Shown here: one piece after another, positions 36,606 to 47,574 of the stretch
Layout of the letters: each line of letters opens with the position of its first letter
Position numbering within the stretch: position 1 is the first letter of the stretch
Origin: Squalus acanthias
Lineage: Eukaryota
Direction of reading: 5' to 3'
Length of the DNA: 64,000 bases
Assembly: GCA_030390025.1 (NCBI GenBank)
Contig: CM059432.1
Location: 89,034,001 to 89,098,000 of the forward strand
Made by a program: the position numbers and the translations under genes
The notes under the pieces: generated by a model
Told to the model about the DNA's origin: nothing
Seen by the model: only the letters and a program-made list of their open reading frames with translations
Databases searched by the model: none

Positions 36606-39031
36606 ATGAAGTTGCTGTGGATAATACTAACCATAGCCAGATGGCCAGGGCGGTCGGTACACCAGAGGGCACAGATGACGTGGAGGGACCCTGCTGCATC
36701 CCCACAATGGTATTAGATCAAACGACAATGGGCTGGGGACCAGTTGGGGGTGTAGATAGCATGCGATGTTGTGGACAGCCAGAAGGAGAGGAGTGCGTAA
36801 CAATACAGGGAAAAGAGGGAGAAACGAGGTGTTATAACTTGGGACAGATGGGGAACAGACCACAGGCCAGGCTTAGAAGGGGCGTGATAAACAGGGGGTG
36901 CACTAAATCTAAACCCGGTATGATTGTAGAAGGGAATTACATACCTAATAGCACTCAGCTTATAGAGGGCAACCCATATTATGGCCAATTCCCGGCGCCC
37001 AATCAAGAGTCCCCATATACAAAATGGGTTGAATGTGGTAAGGTTGTAACAAATACGATCAATGCATTCCCAGATGAGCAGGTATGCATCACATGTCGAA
37101 CCTCATACCCAAACATCCTGAGTGTGGAGGCATCGAAAAATGGCACAGTCTGGATGACAGAACCTGGAACTTGGGTATTGAGTGAAGGTACGAAGGACAG
37201 AAAATGATGCGTGATCCTGAAAGGAAAAGTAATAACTAAATATGGATGTGCCAAGTCAATAACCGCGGACTACACCAACTATAACATGCCCACGGTCGAA
37301 TGTACAGAAAACTTATTAAGGGTCCAATGGGGTGGACCACTGAAGCTGACACCGACGCCCCCACCGGCTAAACCCGCTACCATGGCTCCCAATACACAGA
37401 AAGAAGAGATGAGCGAACCAACGATGTTGCAATGCCCAATTATGACACCTGGACCCATGAATGGACTAGTATTATTTACCGAGGGAGAACAATTGTATGA
37501 TAACGTAAGACACAAAATTGTAAAGGTACTAATGAACTTAACCATGTTACAATGGCCAGGATATTGTGAAAGGTTCACTAAAACTGGAGAATTGTATGCA
37601 TATATGATAAAGAATGTAATTAACCAAGCTGCTGATGCGACAGGGGCCACTAGTTTCAGGAGACATGCTGCATTCCACCAAAGGATTAAGAGGAGCTTAG
37701 GAACCGATATATTTATGGGAACAAACACAGGGACATCATTTGTTAATGCCCTAGATATACAAGCAGTCCAAAGTAGTGTGGAACAACTACAAAGGGTAAT
37801 ACAACAGATTTTAGAGAAGGAAACTGGTTTAGTTCGACAAGGATCGAAGTTGGGAGAACATACGATAAGGAAATTACTCGAAGGAGTTAAGGTTATAGAG
37901 GACCATGCTAGCATCATCAACAAACTAAACCATAGAGATGAGGAACAGGCAAAAGACGGGGTAGGGAGAGACTTGTGCCATGCCTATGGCCAATGGATCA
38001 CCGGGCAATTAAAACACAATCTGGCACAGATACCGCGAGGTGAGGTACCAGACTGGATTAACAACACACAGCTCTATGGCCTGAGCCAGAATCCAGGCCC
38101 TCTGAGTGCTTGTACCCTCAAAGGGATGACCAGAGTATATCCAGTGATACAAAAATGTAAAGCAGAAGTGACAGCAATGATAGGCATGGTACTCCTGATA
38201 CCAGTGGTGAGACTAGACACGACTCCATACCCACAGTACCAGGTAACAAACATAGGCATAGTGAGGGGTGGGACATACCTCCAATACTATCCAATTGATA
38301 CCTATGCCATCAGGAAGAGTGGTACTATGAGAAGAGTCTCCCTAAACGGATGCCATGGGAAAGGAATGCTTACGATATGCCCACATCCAGGAGGAGAAGG
38401 TCCGAAGGATGAGTGCGGCTATAATAAGACAGAGGGGAGTATGTTGGAATTATCACGTGTTGATCACCATCACACCCGCTCGGGATATAGAGGCAAAGGG
38501 GAGTATTGTACAGCCACCACAGAGACTGAGTACCAGTATAGTAACCTTGTATGTGTAATCACAATGCCTAACTTCTGCTTTACGCCAAAGATCCCCGTGA
38601 CAATTGAACACACCAGATTGGTGTATGTACATTCAAGGGAGGAGATAAAACTAAGTGCGCTAGATTGTTTAAGGGATGAGTTGATCAATTATGAAGATCT
38701 GGTAGGGGTCTCAATACCCCACCTGCAAGAGGATCTGCAAGAAATGAAAGGGTTTAAGTAAAATGGTGAAACAATACGTAGCATTGCAAAGGAACCTTGG
38801 GGAACTAGAAAGGGACATAGAAGTAGAATACAGGAAGTCTCATGGTATGAGAAGCTGTGGGATTGGGGGATGAATGTCAACATACATCCATGGATCCGCA
38901 TAATTTCTCACATACTAGTTATAGTACAATTGGTTATGGCAATAGGATTGGGAATAGCAGCATGCGCCGCCTATAAAAAAATGAAGAGAACAAGAAAGGA
39001 AGAGGGAATGTACATGACATTGATAAAGTAA
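36606..39031 (+). pseudogene. env: ERV-B env, class I fusion protein without ISD or CX6CC (F-like)
   Basis: Acceptor-like (Y)nTAG at 36541-36564; ATG 36606 MKLLWIILTIA signal-like; RLRR and RIKR furin-type sites; heptad after RIKR; Cys-rich region; W-rich juxtamembrane segment and TM (ILVIVQLVMAIGLGIAACAAY) ending at TAA 39031. One in-frame stop and frameshifts. Confidence 0.85.
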
Positions 39032-39054
39032 TAATGCATACTGTCCGGTGGTAA

Positions 39055-39255
39055 TTGTTGCAGAAACCTCCTGGACAGATTCCCATTGAGCAGACGGAAT
39101 ATTACTATGAACAAGAGAAGGCTTGGGAGAAAGACCTGCTTAACGGATGTATAGTACTAACAACATTAATGTTCATAACCTATGTAACTGGGTGGATAAT
39201 ATGTCGATGGAAAGGATGTAGGGGACATAGAAATCAGGATAATATGATTATGTAA
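39055..39255 (+). CDS. Small single-pass transmembrane ORF of ERV-B (no ATG upstream of the TM)
   Basis: PGQIPIEQTEYYYEQEKAWEKDL followed by hydrophobic CIVLTTLMFITYVTGWIIC; homologous to ERV-A 7767-7996. Confidence 0.6.
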   Translation: MLQKPPGQIPIEQTEYYYEQEKAWEKDLLNGCIVLTTLMFITYVTGWIICRWKGCRGHRNQDNMIM

Positions 39256-39370
39256 ATTGGGTGACCCAATGGGTTGGATTTGATCACCTCCCCGGCAGGA
39301 CACCATAATAGGAGAAATAATCGGGTTGGTCAATGATTAAAAGGGATTAATCAGGACCAAAAGGGGGGAC

Positions 39371-39948
39371 TGAAAGGGTTAAAAGAGCTAAAATGAGGAA
39401 ATTAAGGAACCAAGCATATATCCAACCATATAAAGAGTGGTTATGAACAAGTTTAAAAGGGGGAAGTATTATGTAATGTGGTCAAGACTACACACGACAA
39501 ATCACTAATTGAGTAAAATATTAGAAATAACCTTGGAGTCGCGGTTGCTATGGTGAAATCTTTCAAATGAGTTTTAATTGGATTTACTTGAATTTAACCT
39601 TGGAGTTGCCAGATTAATGTGCACACGAACTGCAAGAAGTTGCACACGAGACCAACTATTTTGCACCCGAAACCACCTGGGGGATGCAAGAAATGTATAT
39701 ATGTAATGTAAATAATTGTGGGACAATAGTCATGACTCAGAACAAAAACTGTATATAAAGTAAAAGATTTTCAGCGATCGGAGAGCATTCGTCCCTGGAT
39801 GAGTGTCTCCCCTGTCGACTTGTAATAAAGTTGATTTACTGAACGAACCTCCGGACTCCGAGCGATTGATTGGGAATAAGGCGGATGTCAACCCTTTATA
39901 TCAGAGGGTCCATCTCGGGGAGAAGAAGCTCTCCCGGTTTACCCTACA
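39371..39948 (+). repeat. ERV-B 3' LTR (578 bp)
   Basis: Follows the PPT at 39359-39370; repeat of the 5' LTR lacking two ~21-bp units. Confidence 0.95.
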
Positions 39949-41544
39949 ATTGGGGGTAATGTACTGACTTGGATAGAGAACTGGTTGGCAGACAGGAAGC
40001 GAAGAGTTGGAATAAACGGGTCTTTTTCCAAGTGGCAGGCAGTGACTAGTGGGGTACCGCAGGGATCGATGCTAGGACCCCAGTTATTCACAATATATAT
40101 TAATGATCTAGACGAGGGAACTAAGTGTAATATCTCCAAGTTTGCAGACGACACAAAGCTGGGTGGGCGTGTGTGCTGTGAGGAGGATGCAGAGAAACTC
40201 CAGGATGATTTGGACAGGTTGGGTGATTGGGCAGATGCATGGCAGATGCAGTATAATGTGGATAAATGCGGGGTTATCCACTTTGGTGCCAAAAACAGGA
40301 AGGCAGATTATTATCTGAATGGCAATAGATTGGGAAAAGGGGAAGTGCAACGAGACCTGGGTGTCCTTGTGCACCAGTCGCTGAAGGTAAGCATGCAGGT
40401 GCAGCAGGTGGTTAAGAAGGCAAATGGTATGTTGGCCTTCATAGCGAGAGGATTCGAGTACAGGAGCAAGGATGTCTTGCTGCAGTTGTACAGGGCCTTG
40501 GTAAGACCATACCTTGAGTATTGTGTGCAGTTTGGTCGCCTTATCTGAGGAAGGATGTTCTTGCCATGGAGGGAGTGCAGCGAAGATTCACCAGACTGAT
40601 GCCTGGGATGGCAGGAATGACTTATGAGGAGAGATTGGGTCGATTAGGCTTATATTCGCTAGAGTTTAGAAGAATGAGAGGGGGTCTCATTGAAACTTAT
40701 AAAATTCTAACAGGACTAGACAGACTAGATGCAGGAAGGATGTTCCCGATGGCGGGGGAGTCCAGAACCAGGGATCACAGTCTAAGGATAAGGGGTAAGC
40801 CATTTAGGACTGAGATGAGGAGGAATTTCTTCACCCAGAGATTGGTGAACCTGTGGAATTTTCTACCACAGAAGGCAGTTGAGGCCAATTCATTAAATAT
40901 ATTCAAGAATGAGTTAGATATATTTCTTAAGGCTAAAGGGATCAAGGGATATGGGGAGAAAGCAGGGACAGGGTACTGAATTTGGATGATCAGCCATGAT
41001 CTCATTAAATGGTGGAGCAGGCTCGAGGGGCCGAATGGCCTACTCCTGCTCCTATCTTCTATGTTTCTATGTTTCTATGTTTTTTTGCTGGGTGGGGACC
41101 GAAGAGCGAGAATGGGAATCCCGTGGGACTCAATTTTGAGATGGGGATTGCGGGAGAGTCTGCCCGAGTCTAGCGGAGTGGCAATTAATTTAATGTTCAG
41201 TTTGGCTAGATTCGTGATTGTGCAAAGAAGGAATGCTCTGTTTTTTAAGGGGAGGAGAATCAATCTAAAAGAGTATTTTAAAAATAAGCTAAAAGATCAT
41301 TATAAGGCTCTGTGGATGTTTTATTCAGAAAGGAATTTGAAGATGGTATTTTATGATCAATTTTTAAAGTACAATCGATTAATATATGTTACGGGAGACA
41401 AATTAAACTTCAGGTTTTGATGTTAATATGTGGTGGAGGAATGGCTGTGCAGAGCGGCGGAATGGATTTGAATGATACAATGGAATGATCACGATGTTGT
41501 AAATGTTCTTAATGTTTAATAAATTATATAATAATTTAAAAAAA

Positions 41545-41982
41545 GTTGGTAGCACTCTCACCTCCAAATCAGAAGGTTGTGTGTTCAAGTGCCACTCCAG
41601 AGATTTGAGCACAAAAATCTAGGCTGACACTCCAGTGCAGTACTATGGGAGTGCTGCACTGTCAGAAGTGCCGTCTTTTGGATGAGACATTAAACCGAGG
41701 CCCCGTCTGCTCTCTCAGGTAGATGTAAATGATCCTATGGCACTATTTTGCAGAAAAGCAGGGGAGTTATCCCTGGTGACCTAGCCAATATTTATCCCTC
41801 AATCAACATCTAAAACAGATTATTCGGTCATTATCACATTGCTGTTTGTGGGAGCTTGCTGTGTGCAAATTGGCTGCATTACAACAGTGAATACACTTCA
41901 AAAAATACTTAATTGGCTGTAAAGCGCTTTGCGACGTCCGGTGGTCGTGAAAGGTGCTATATAAATGCAAGTCTTTCTTTCT
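41545..41982 (+). mobile_element. tRNA-derived DeuSINE (SacSINE1-like) body
   Basis: B-box-like GTTCAAGTGCC, Deu-type central region (GGATGAGAC.TTAAACCGAGGCCCCGTCTG), and L2-like tail GCTATATAAATGCAAGTCTTTC. Confidence 0.85.
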
Positions 41983-44464
41983 ATTTCCATTTTTGTTCAC
42001 TGCCAATCTTTATTCTCAGCCTTTCTAATCTCAGACATAACAGCAGCCTAAAAGTTAATAGGTAAATAAAGATGATATGAAGCAATAAAATTATAACATT
42101 CTTTTTTTGGAATTTTAACCCTATTGTGTTTTCATTTAAAATTAATAATACTTCTCAGTAGATGGTAGCTGCTAATCTGCAATTACTTTTTTTGGTTGGT
42201 TACATCATGTGCAAGATGATCTGTCTACATCTCAGATGTAATTTAATGAATCTTTCTGAGGTTAGGGCACAAATAATATAAATAGATTGTAAATCACTGC
42301 GATTCTCATTCAATTGGAAGTGTTTATTCACTGTGGTAAAAGATGCTCACACTAGTTTATTCAGCCTACTATTTGCAAGGTTCTAAATTGGGCAACATTT
42401 TAACATGTTAATTACCTTTATAATTGTATACTGTAATTACAAAAGTATATATTTTATTTAAAATTGGAGTTTGATATATCAGCATGACTGTTTATATTGT
42501 TTCATTTCTAAGCCTTTCAGCTACAGAATTCCTTGGTTTCAAGGAGATCCTTGAAATTGTTTGATCAAATGGAGGCTAAAATAACTTTGATCTTGCTATA
42601 AGAAATGAATCTCACCTTTTGACAAGATTTGGAATTGTGCTCGGTTGGCTTTAGCTTTCAGTCTTTCACTTCATCTGTATAAAAGACACAGACATAAGAG
42701 CGTGATTAGTTTGTCTTTTCACTTAAAATCAATTGATCTGTATAGATCTGCATGTGTCAGGGCAGGTTATTGTTGAACATAATAGCACAGTTATTGTTTT
42801 GATGATATAGAGTTATGTAAGTTATGTGACATTTTCCTTCTTTAATTCTATTGTGGCTTTAGGCAATATGCGTACTGAAGCCGTGCAATTTACTTCTACA
42901 AACTATTCTTCAAAATACTGCAAATGTTTTGATGATTTAAAAACAATCATAGGCTTACTGATTATTTTTTGTTTCACCATCAGATGTGAACAGATTGGTC
43001 TGTTCATGTTAGAACATGCTAGGTTCATATCTGAACTCTTCTTAACCTTTACAGCAAACTAACTGCCTTAGGTTATGCTCAGTTGTTGCTGCATCCAGAT
43101 CTTTTTGTAAAAATTTCTAAACAGCAGCATATTGGATTCAGATTAATATCTGAATAATTGCTTTGGTTTTGTTGTAATGCTTTATATTAAAAAGAAAATA
43201 AATTGCTGTGTGGTGTAACGTGCATTCCAATATATATAGCAGGACTCGCCCTGACCAGCTATTACACAAGTAAAATATTCAGTGTTATTTTATAGGTTCT
43301 GGAAGGATTGATTAAGTTCTCTAGTGTATATGAAGGCTGACATGGATTCAAAGAGGAAATGTAAAACTTGAAGGTACAGCACTGCTGTGACATTTCACTC
43401 CATAAAAATGCCAATATTTTAATTCTGTACATAAATCATTTTCATCAGTTTAGTTCCATATCTCAGTCTCCACTTTCTCATGCATGATGAGACTGCTATC
43501 ATTAACAGGTAGGATTTTGTGTCGTTTTTGGGGTATTTCTTATACCATACCTCCTGGCAGTTTTAACACTTTGTGCCGTGTTGCCAAACCTGTCCTGTTC
43601 TTTGTCCCCAAGTTCCTTCCTTGTGGTCTTTAAAAAATGTGTTCATCATTGATAATGGTTTATCCATTTAAAGTGATGATTGATATGGGAAAAGATGTGT
43701 AGTGTTTGAAGGTAACCTTTGTCGATAAGAAGGGCAAATACTCAGAGTGTATTGGTTTGATTTTGCTCATTATAGGAGACCTTTCATAGTTTCATTGACT
43801 TGCTGTCTAGATCCTGTTACTTACCTGGTGCTTTCATTGTTTAAATGGTACAGACATGCACACTGGTCATGTTCTCCCATTTGTTCTCAAGTGGAGGGTA
43901 TTTTTATAATATGTACAACTGTGAGGGAATTGCTGTTTATGCTATTTATTTCCAGAAGGACAATTTTGCTTTTTTATAAACTTTCTAAAAAAAAATTCCT
44001 TACATCATCAGCCTCATTTCATCAGTGGAAGTGATATCTTGCAATTTATGAAGCGTAATGTTAGTTTACCATCCCTTCAGCTAAAGGAGTAGGGGTTTGG
44101 ATTCAGCCCAGATTGGTGGAGGGAAAATCTCTTTCTGCTGCCTGTAGTTATATATGTAAAATAACACATTTTCAGTCTCAATCCAGTTCCTAGTGTACTT
44201 GGATCCACAGTACTAAATAGCCTATAATTTGGTGCAAAATTGCCTGTCTAAGGCCATAAAGATAGTTGGTGCAGGGAATGGTTAATTGCTTCACTAGTAC
44301 AGGAGAGAGGATAATCTTTTGACCCTGGTCTTAAGGTACATGCTTGGGACAGAGTAGAGGGAGCTTTATTCTTCATCTGGCTGTGCTATATCTGATGCAG
44401 GAGTGCCTAATGCTGATGTTTCATGCCAAAAGTAGGGGAAAATGTTCAGTTTCCTAGCAACAAT

Positions 44465-45492
44465 GGGCTGGATATTTACTGAGACAGGTTACATAGGCGG
44501 TGGTGGGGAGGGTCGAGTTTTGGACGGGAAACCTGGAAGTCTGGGTTTCCCCACATGCTGTGGAGATGTAACTTCACAGCATGTGACTCTTGTCCCTGAC
44601 AGGTTCCCCCGGCCCTTCCCCTTCCTTTCCCTCAGCTTTCTTTGCCAACCCCCAGACCCAATTCTTGACAAAACTTACCTGAGGGCCGGTGCTAGCTTTG
44701 CAGCAGCTCAAATTTAGGGTCTTCTTCACTGGCGGTCTCTTCCCGCTTCGCCCACAATATTGAATTGAGGCCTGAAGCCCAATATCTGGAAAGCCTTGGG
44801 CCTCACATTTCAGGCGTGGGGGGCGCGAATTAGACCACGTGCTCCCAGAAATGGTCGCAGCCCAATTTCTAGACCCATTGGCTCTGATATTTACTGGGAG
44901 GTGAGGAGGGTGCGGGGGAGGGCGATAACAGCCAAAGAACCTGGCAAGGCTGGGGACGAGGAGTCCCGCTGAATTTAACGATAGGACCGCTATCATTTTT
45001 TTTTAACTGTTTCCTGCCCAGCCTGGCCGGCGGCTGGGAAGGAACACCTTCAACAATCGGGAGGGGGATGGTTGGTGATCGGGCTGGGGGAGAGAGGTGA
45101 CGATCGGGAGGCCGAAGGCTTCCTTGTGAGCCATGGGGAGAATCACTCCTACTCCTTTCCGACCTACAAGGAGTGCTTGAAAAGGCACTTACCTTGTGGA
45201 GCCAGCAACTCCTGTCTGCCTTTCACTGCTGGGTTTCCCGACCCTTGGGAAACCTGTGCAGCTGCAATGAATTTTAAATGGTAATCTCAATTGCACTGTC
45301 AGAGCCCGATTTAAATATGTTAATTAAGTGTCCTGAATATCCATAGCAGGACGCTCAGACACCCCGATATCCACCACCATAAATGAGGGTGGCATGTGCG
45401 TGCATGCCGTGTTGGGGACATGTTCCCCTTATTTAACTCCTTAACCCCCCGACCCTCTCTCGCCTGAGGTTGGGTGGATTAATAGCAAGGCC
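44465..45492. mobile_element. Old Harbinger-like non-autonomous element
   Basis: Starts AAT|GGGCTGGATATT; GC-rich island in AT-rich DNA; right end degenerate. Confidence 0.45.
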
Positions 45493-46249
45493 ATTATTTC
45501 AAGCCCCAGATGTAATTTTGTGCATTATTCTGCAGCAGTGAAATTAAAAGCAAATCATTTATATGCTACAGAGCGAGCAATGTGTTGCTGTTATTTTTTA
45601 AATTAAAGGTCTTCAGCTGCTGTTCGACTCATGTCATTTTAACATAGTTCTCAAGGCCGATTTTAACCATGGTCATTTGGCAGAAACTGGGACGGTGGGC
45701 AATTAAAAAAGGACTGTGGGATTTAGCTGTCTAATATATGTGGGTAGAACAAATGCAGGACAGAGACACGATGAGCTGCTAGTCAAGGTGCTTGTTTACT
45801 AGGTCAGAGTGAACTGAGCATGCTCATACTAAACCATGTGACAAACCATGTGACAATACATTACACTGCTTTCCCCTTAAAAAAAAGTATATGTTCCCCT
45901 CTCAAATACAACAAAACTATGGTCCCACCTTTCCCAGCATTAGATGTACCACATAACAAAAATTACTGACTTTTTTTCTTTTAAATCAACCACAAATGCT
46001 ACAAATGATCTACAAATCCAGTTTAATAACAGGATTATGGAGCCTTCCTGATCTCTTACAAAAGGTTTTGGTGTTGAACCAATTTTCGGGCTGTTTTGTT
46101 CTGGTTCTGAACTCAAAGATGATCCTATTTCTATCTCAGATTTGTTTGACACAAAAGCAAAATACTGCGGGTGCTGGAAATCTGAAATAAAAACAGAAGA
46201 TGCTGGAAATACTCAGCAGATCAGACAGCATCTGTGGAGAGAGAAACAG

Positions 46250-46286
46250 AGTTAACGTTTCAGGTTGATGACCCTTCATCAGAACT
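46250..46286 (-). ncRNA. Minimal type I hammerhead ribozyme motif
   Basis: AGTT-CTGATGA-AGGGTCATCAACCT-GAAA-CG-TT-AACT: conserved core, stem I AGTT/AACT, palindromic short stem III. Confidence 0.7.
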
Positions 46287-46563
46287 GGAAAAAGCTGGAG
46301 ATCGAACATGTTTTTAAGCAAGTGCAGGGGCAGGGAAAGGGGAGCTGCCTTTCATTCTGCCATTTACACTTCATCTAGAGCCATCTTTCGTTTCTTAACT
46401 TGTCCCATTACCATCTCCTTTTTCCTTGCACCATCTCTTAATGTCTCTTAATCTCTCCTGCCTTCCATCCTATCACAGACCTTCCCTTTTGTTCTTTCCT
46501 CCCCTCCCCCCTCTCCCTGCCCCTGCACTTGCTTAAAAACCTGTTCCATCTCCAGCTTTTTCC

Positions 46564-46600
46564 AGTTCTGATGAAGGGTCATCGACCTGAAATGTTAACT
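46564..46600 (+). ncRNA. Minimal type I hammerhead ribozyme motif (stem III C>T variant)
   Basis: AGTT-CTGATGA-AGGGTCATCGACCT-GAAA-TG-TT-AACT. Confidence 0.65.
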
Positions 46601-46962
46601 CTGTTTCTCTCTCCACAGATGCTGCCTGACCTGCTGAGTATTTCCAACATTTTCTGTTTCTATCTCAGATTTGTTTGAACCTGGTACTTCAGTTTCTGAA
46701 GTCTGAACGGAGTCAAACTCATGTATGAGTTCATGATCAAGTGGTTGAAGATCATGTCTTAGTTCATCTCTAGCAGAGATCATTTGATCTACATGAACAC
46801 TTTGGATGCTGTCACCAATTTCAACCAAATATCTCTTGGTTCCACCAACTTCTACTATGGTTCCTATATCCCACTTGTGTGAACTCGACTTGCCAGGGCG
46901 ACTGAGAACACAAACACACTCGTTTTGTCTGAAACTGCATTCTTTCTGATTGCTGTCATATT

Positions 46963-47574
46963 GGGCCATAATTTGCAGGTGCGTACAGGGTGTGTACACA
47001 CCCGTAGGGGCTGCGCAATTTCCGGGTTTAGGCTTGCGAAGTGCATGTGCGAAAACCCGGAACTTGCGATCTGCATAAGGCCTGCTTTTACCAGCATAAG
47101 ACTTTTAAAGAACAGAAAAATATTTTTTTTTCAATAATTTATATTTAAAAACCTGTGAAATAATGTAAGTTTATTTTTAGTTCATTTAAAATATGTAAAT
47201 TTATTTTTCAAAAAATTAAATTTTTGTTCTAAATATTTAATTAAATGCCATTTTGATTAATTTTCAATATGTGATTTTTTTTATTTGTTTGAAGTGTACG
47301 TGTATTTTTGGGGGTATTCCCATTCATCCTTATGGGGTTTCCGTACATACGGAATCCTCATGAGAATGAATGGGGATCCCTTTCTTTCATTGGTTGGACT
47401 GGCCCACGTGATCCCAGGGGCATTTGCGAAACGCGTGCACCCTTGGGATACGTGGGCCTCTACGCAGGCCTACACACAGAGGCCCAGGAGTGCAACTGTC
47501 CGAACCTCCGGCACCATCAGGTAAGTTCGTAGGTTTTTTGCCCACGGGAAGCCTCCGACCGCAAATTTAGGGCC
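46963..47574. mobile_element. Harbinger-type MITE in the Gypsy integrase tail
   Basis: Imperfect TIRs GGGCCATAATTTGC / GCAAATTTAGGGCC, flanked by ATT/AAT. Gypsy coding sequence resumes on both sides. Confidence 0.75.

Larger units (their letters stand above)
27016..39948 (+). mobile_element. Endogenous retrovirus B (lokiretrovirus-like, F-like env)
   Basis: LTRs 27016-27635 and 39371-39948 (TG...CA), TSD ATTGG (27011-27015 and 39949-39953), tRNA-Ser PBS, PPT AAAAGGGGGGAC, RT-tether-RNaseH-IN and env. Confidence 0.95.
26768..41079 (+). mobile_element. 5'-truncated CR1 LINE (26768-27015 and 39949-41079) split by ERV-B
   Basis: RT KAHGIG|GNVLTWIENWL is continuous across the ERV; FADD; 3' UTR with (TTCTATGT)n. 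Confidence 0.92.
21404..41544 (+). mobile_element. Apparently full-length Tx1-clade LINE (own sequence 21404-26767 and 41080-41544) carrying nested insertions
   Basis: ORF1 with CCHC knuckles; ORF2 with APE, RT and CCHC; AATAAA and A7 tail; ~15-bp TSD GTGGTTAGCACTCTC / GTTGGTAGCACTCTC. Confidence 0.88.
46150..46656. mobile_element. Penelope-like inverted pseudo-LTR insertion
   Basis: Long inverted repeat (~46190-46340 versus ~46515-46656), hammerhead motifs, and a 22-bp flanking duplication TTTCTATCTCAGATTTGTTTGA. Confidence 0.8.

Noticed and set aside
36004..37923. Antisense ORFs (233 aa and 214 aa) as retroviral antisense genes
   Set aside because: They mirror sense coding frames, have no motifs, and have no counterpart in ERV-A that I can see.
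43296..43373. Possible host exon (TTTTATAG...AAG|GTACAG)
   Set aside because: Stops occur in all three frames and there are no supporting neighbouring exons. A non-coding exon cannot be excluded.
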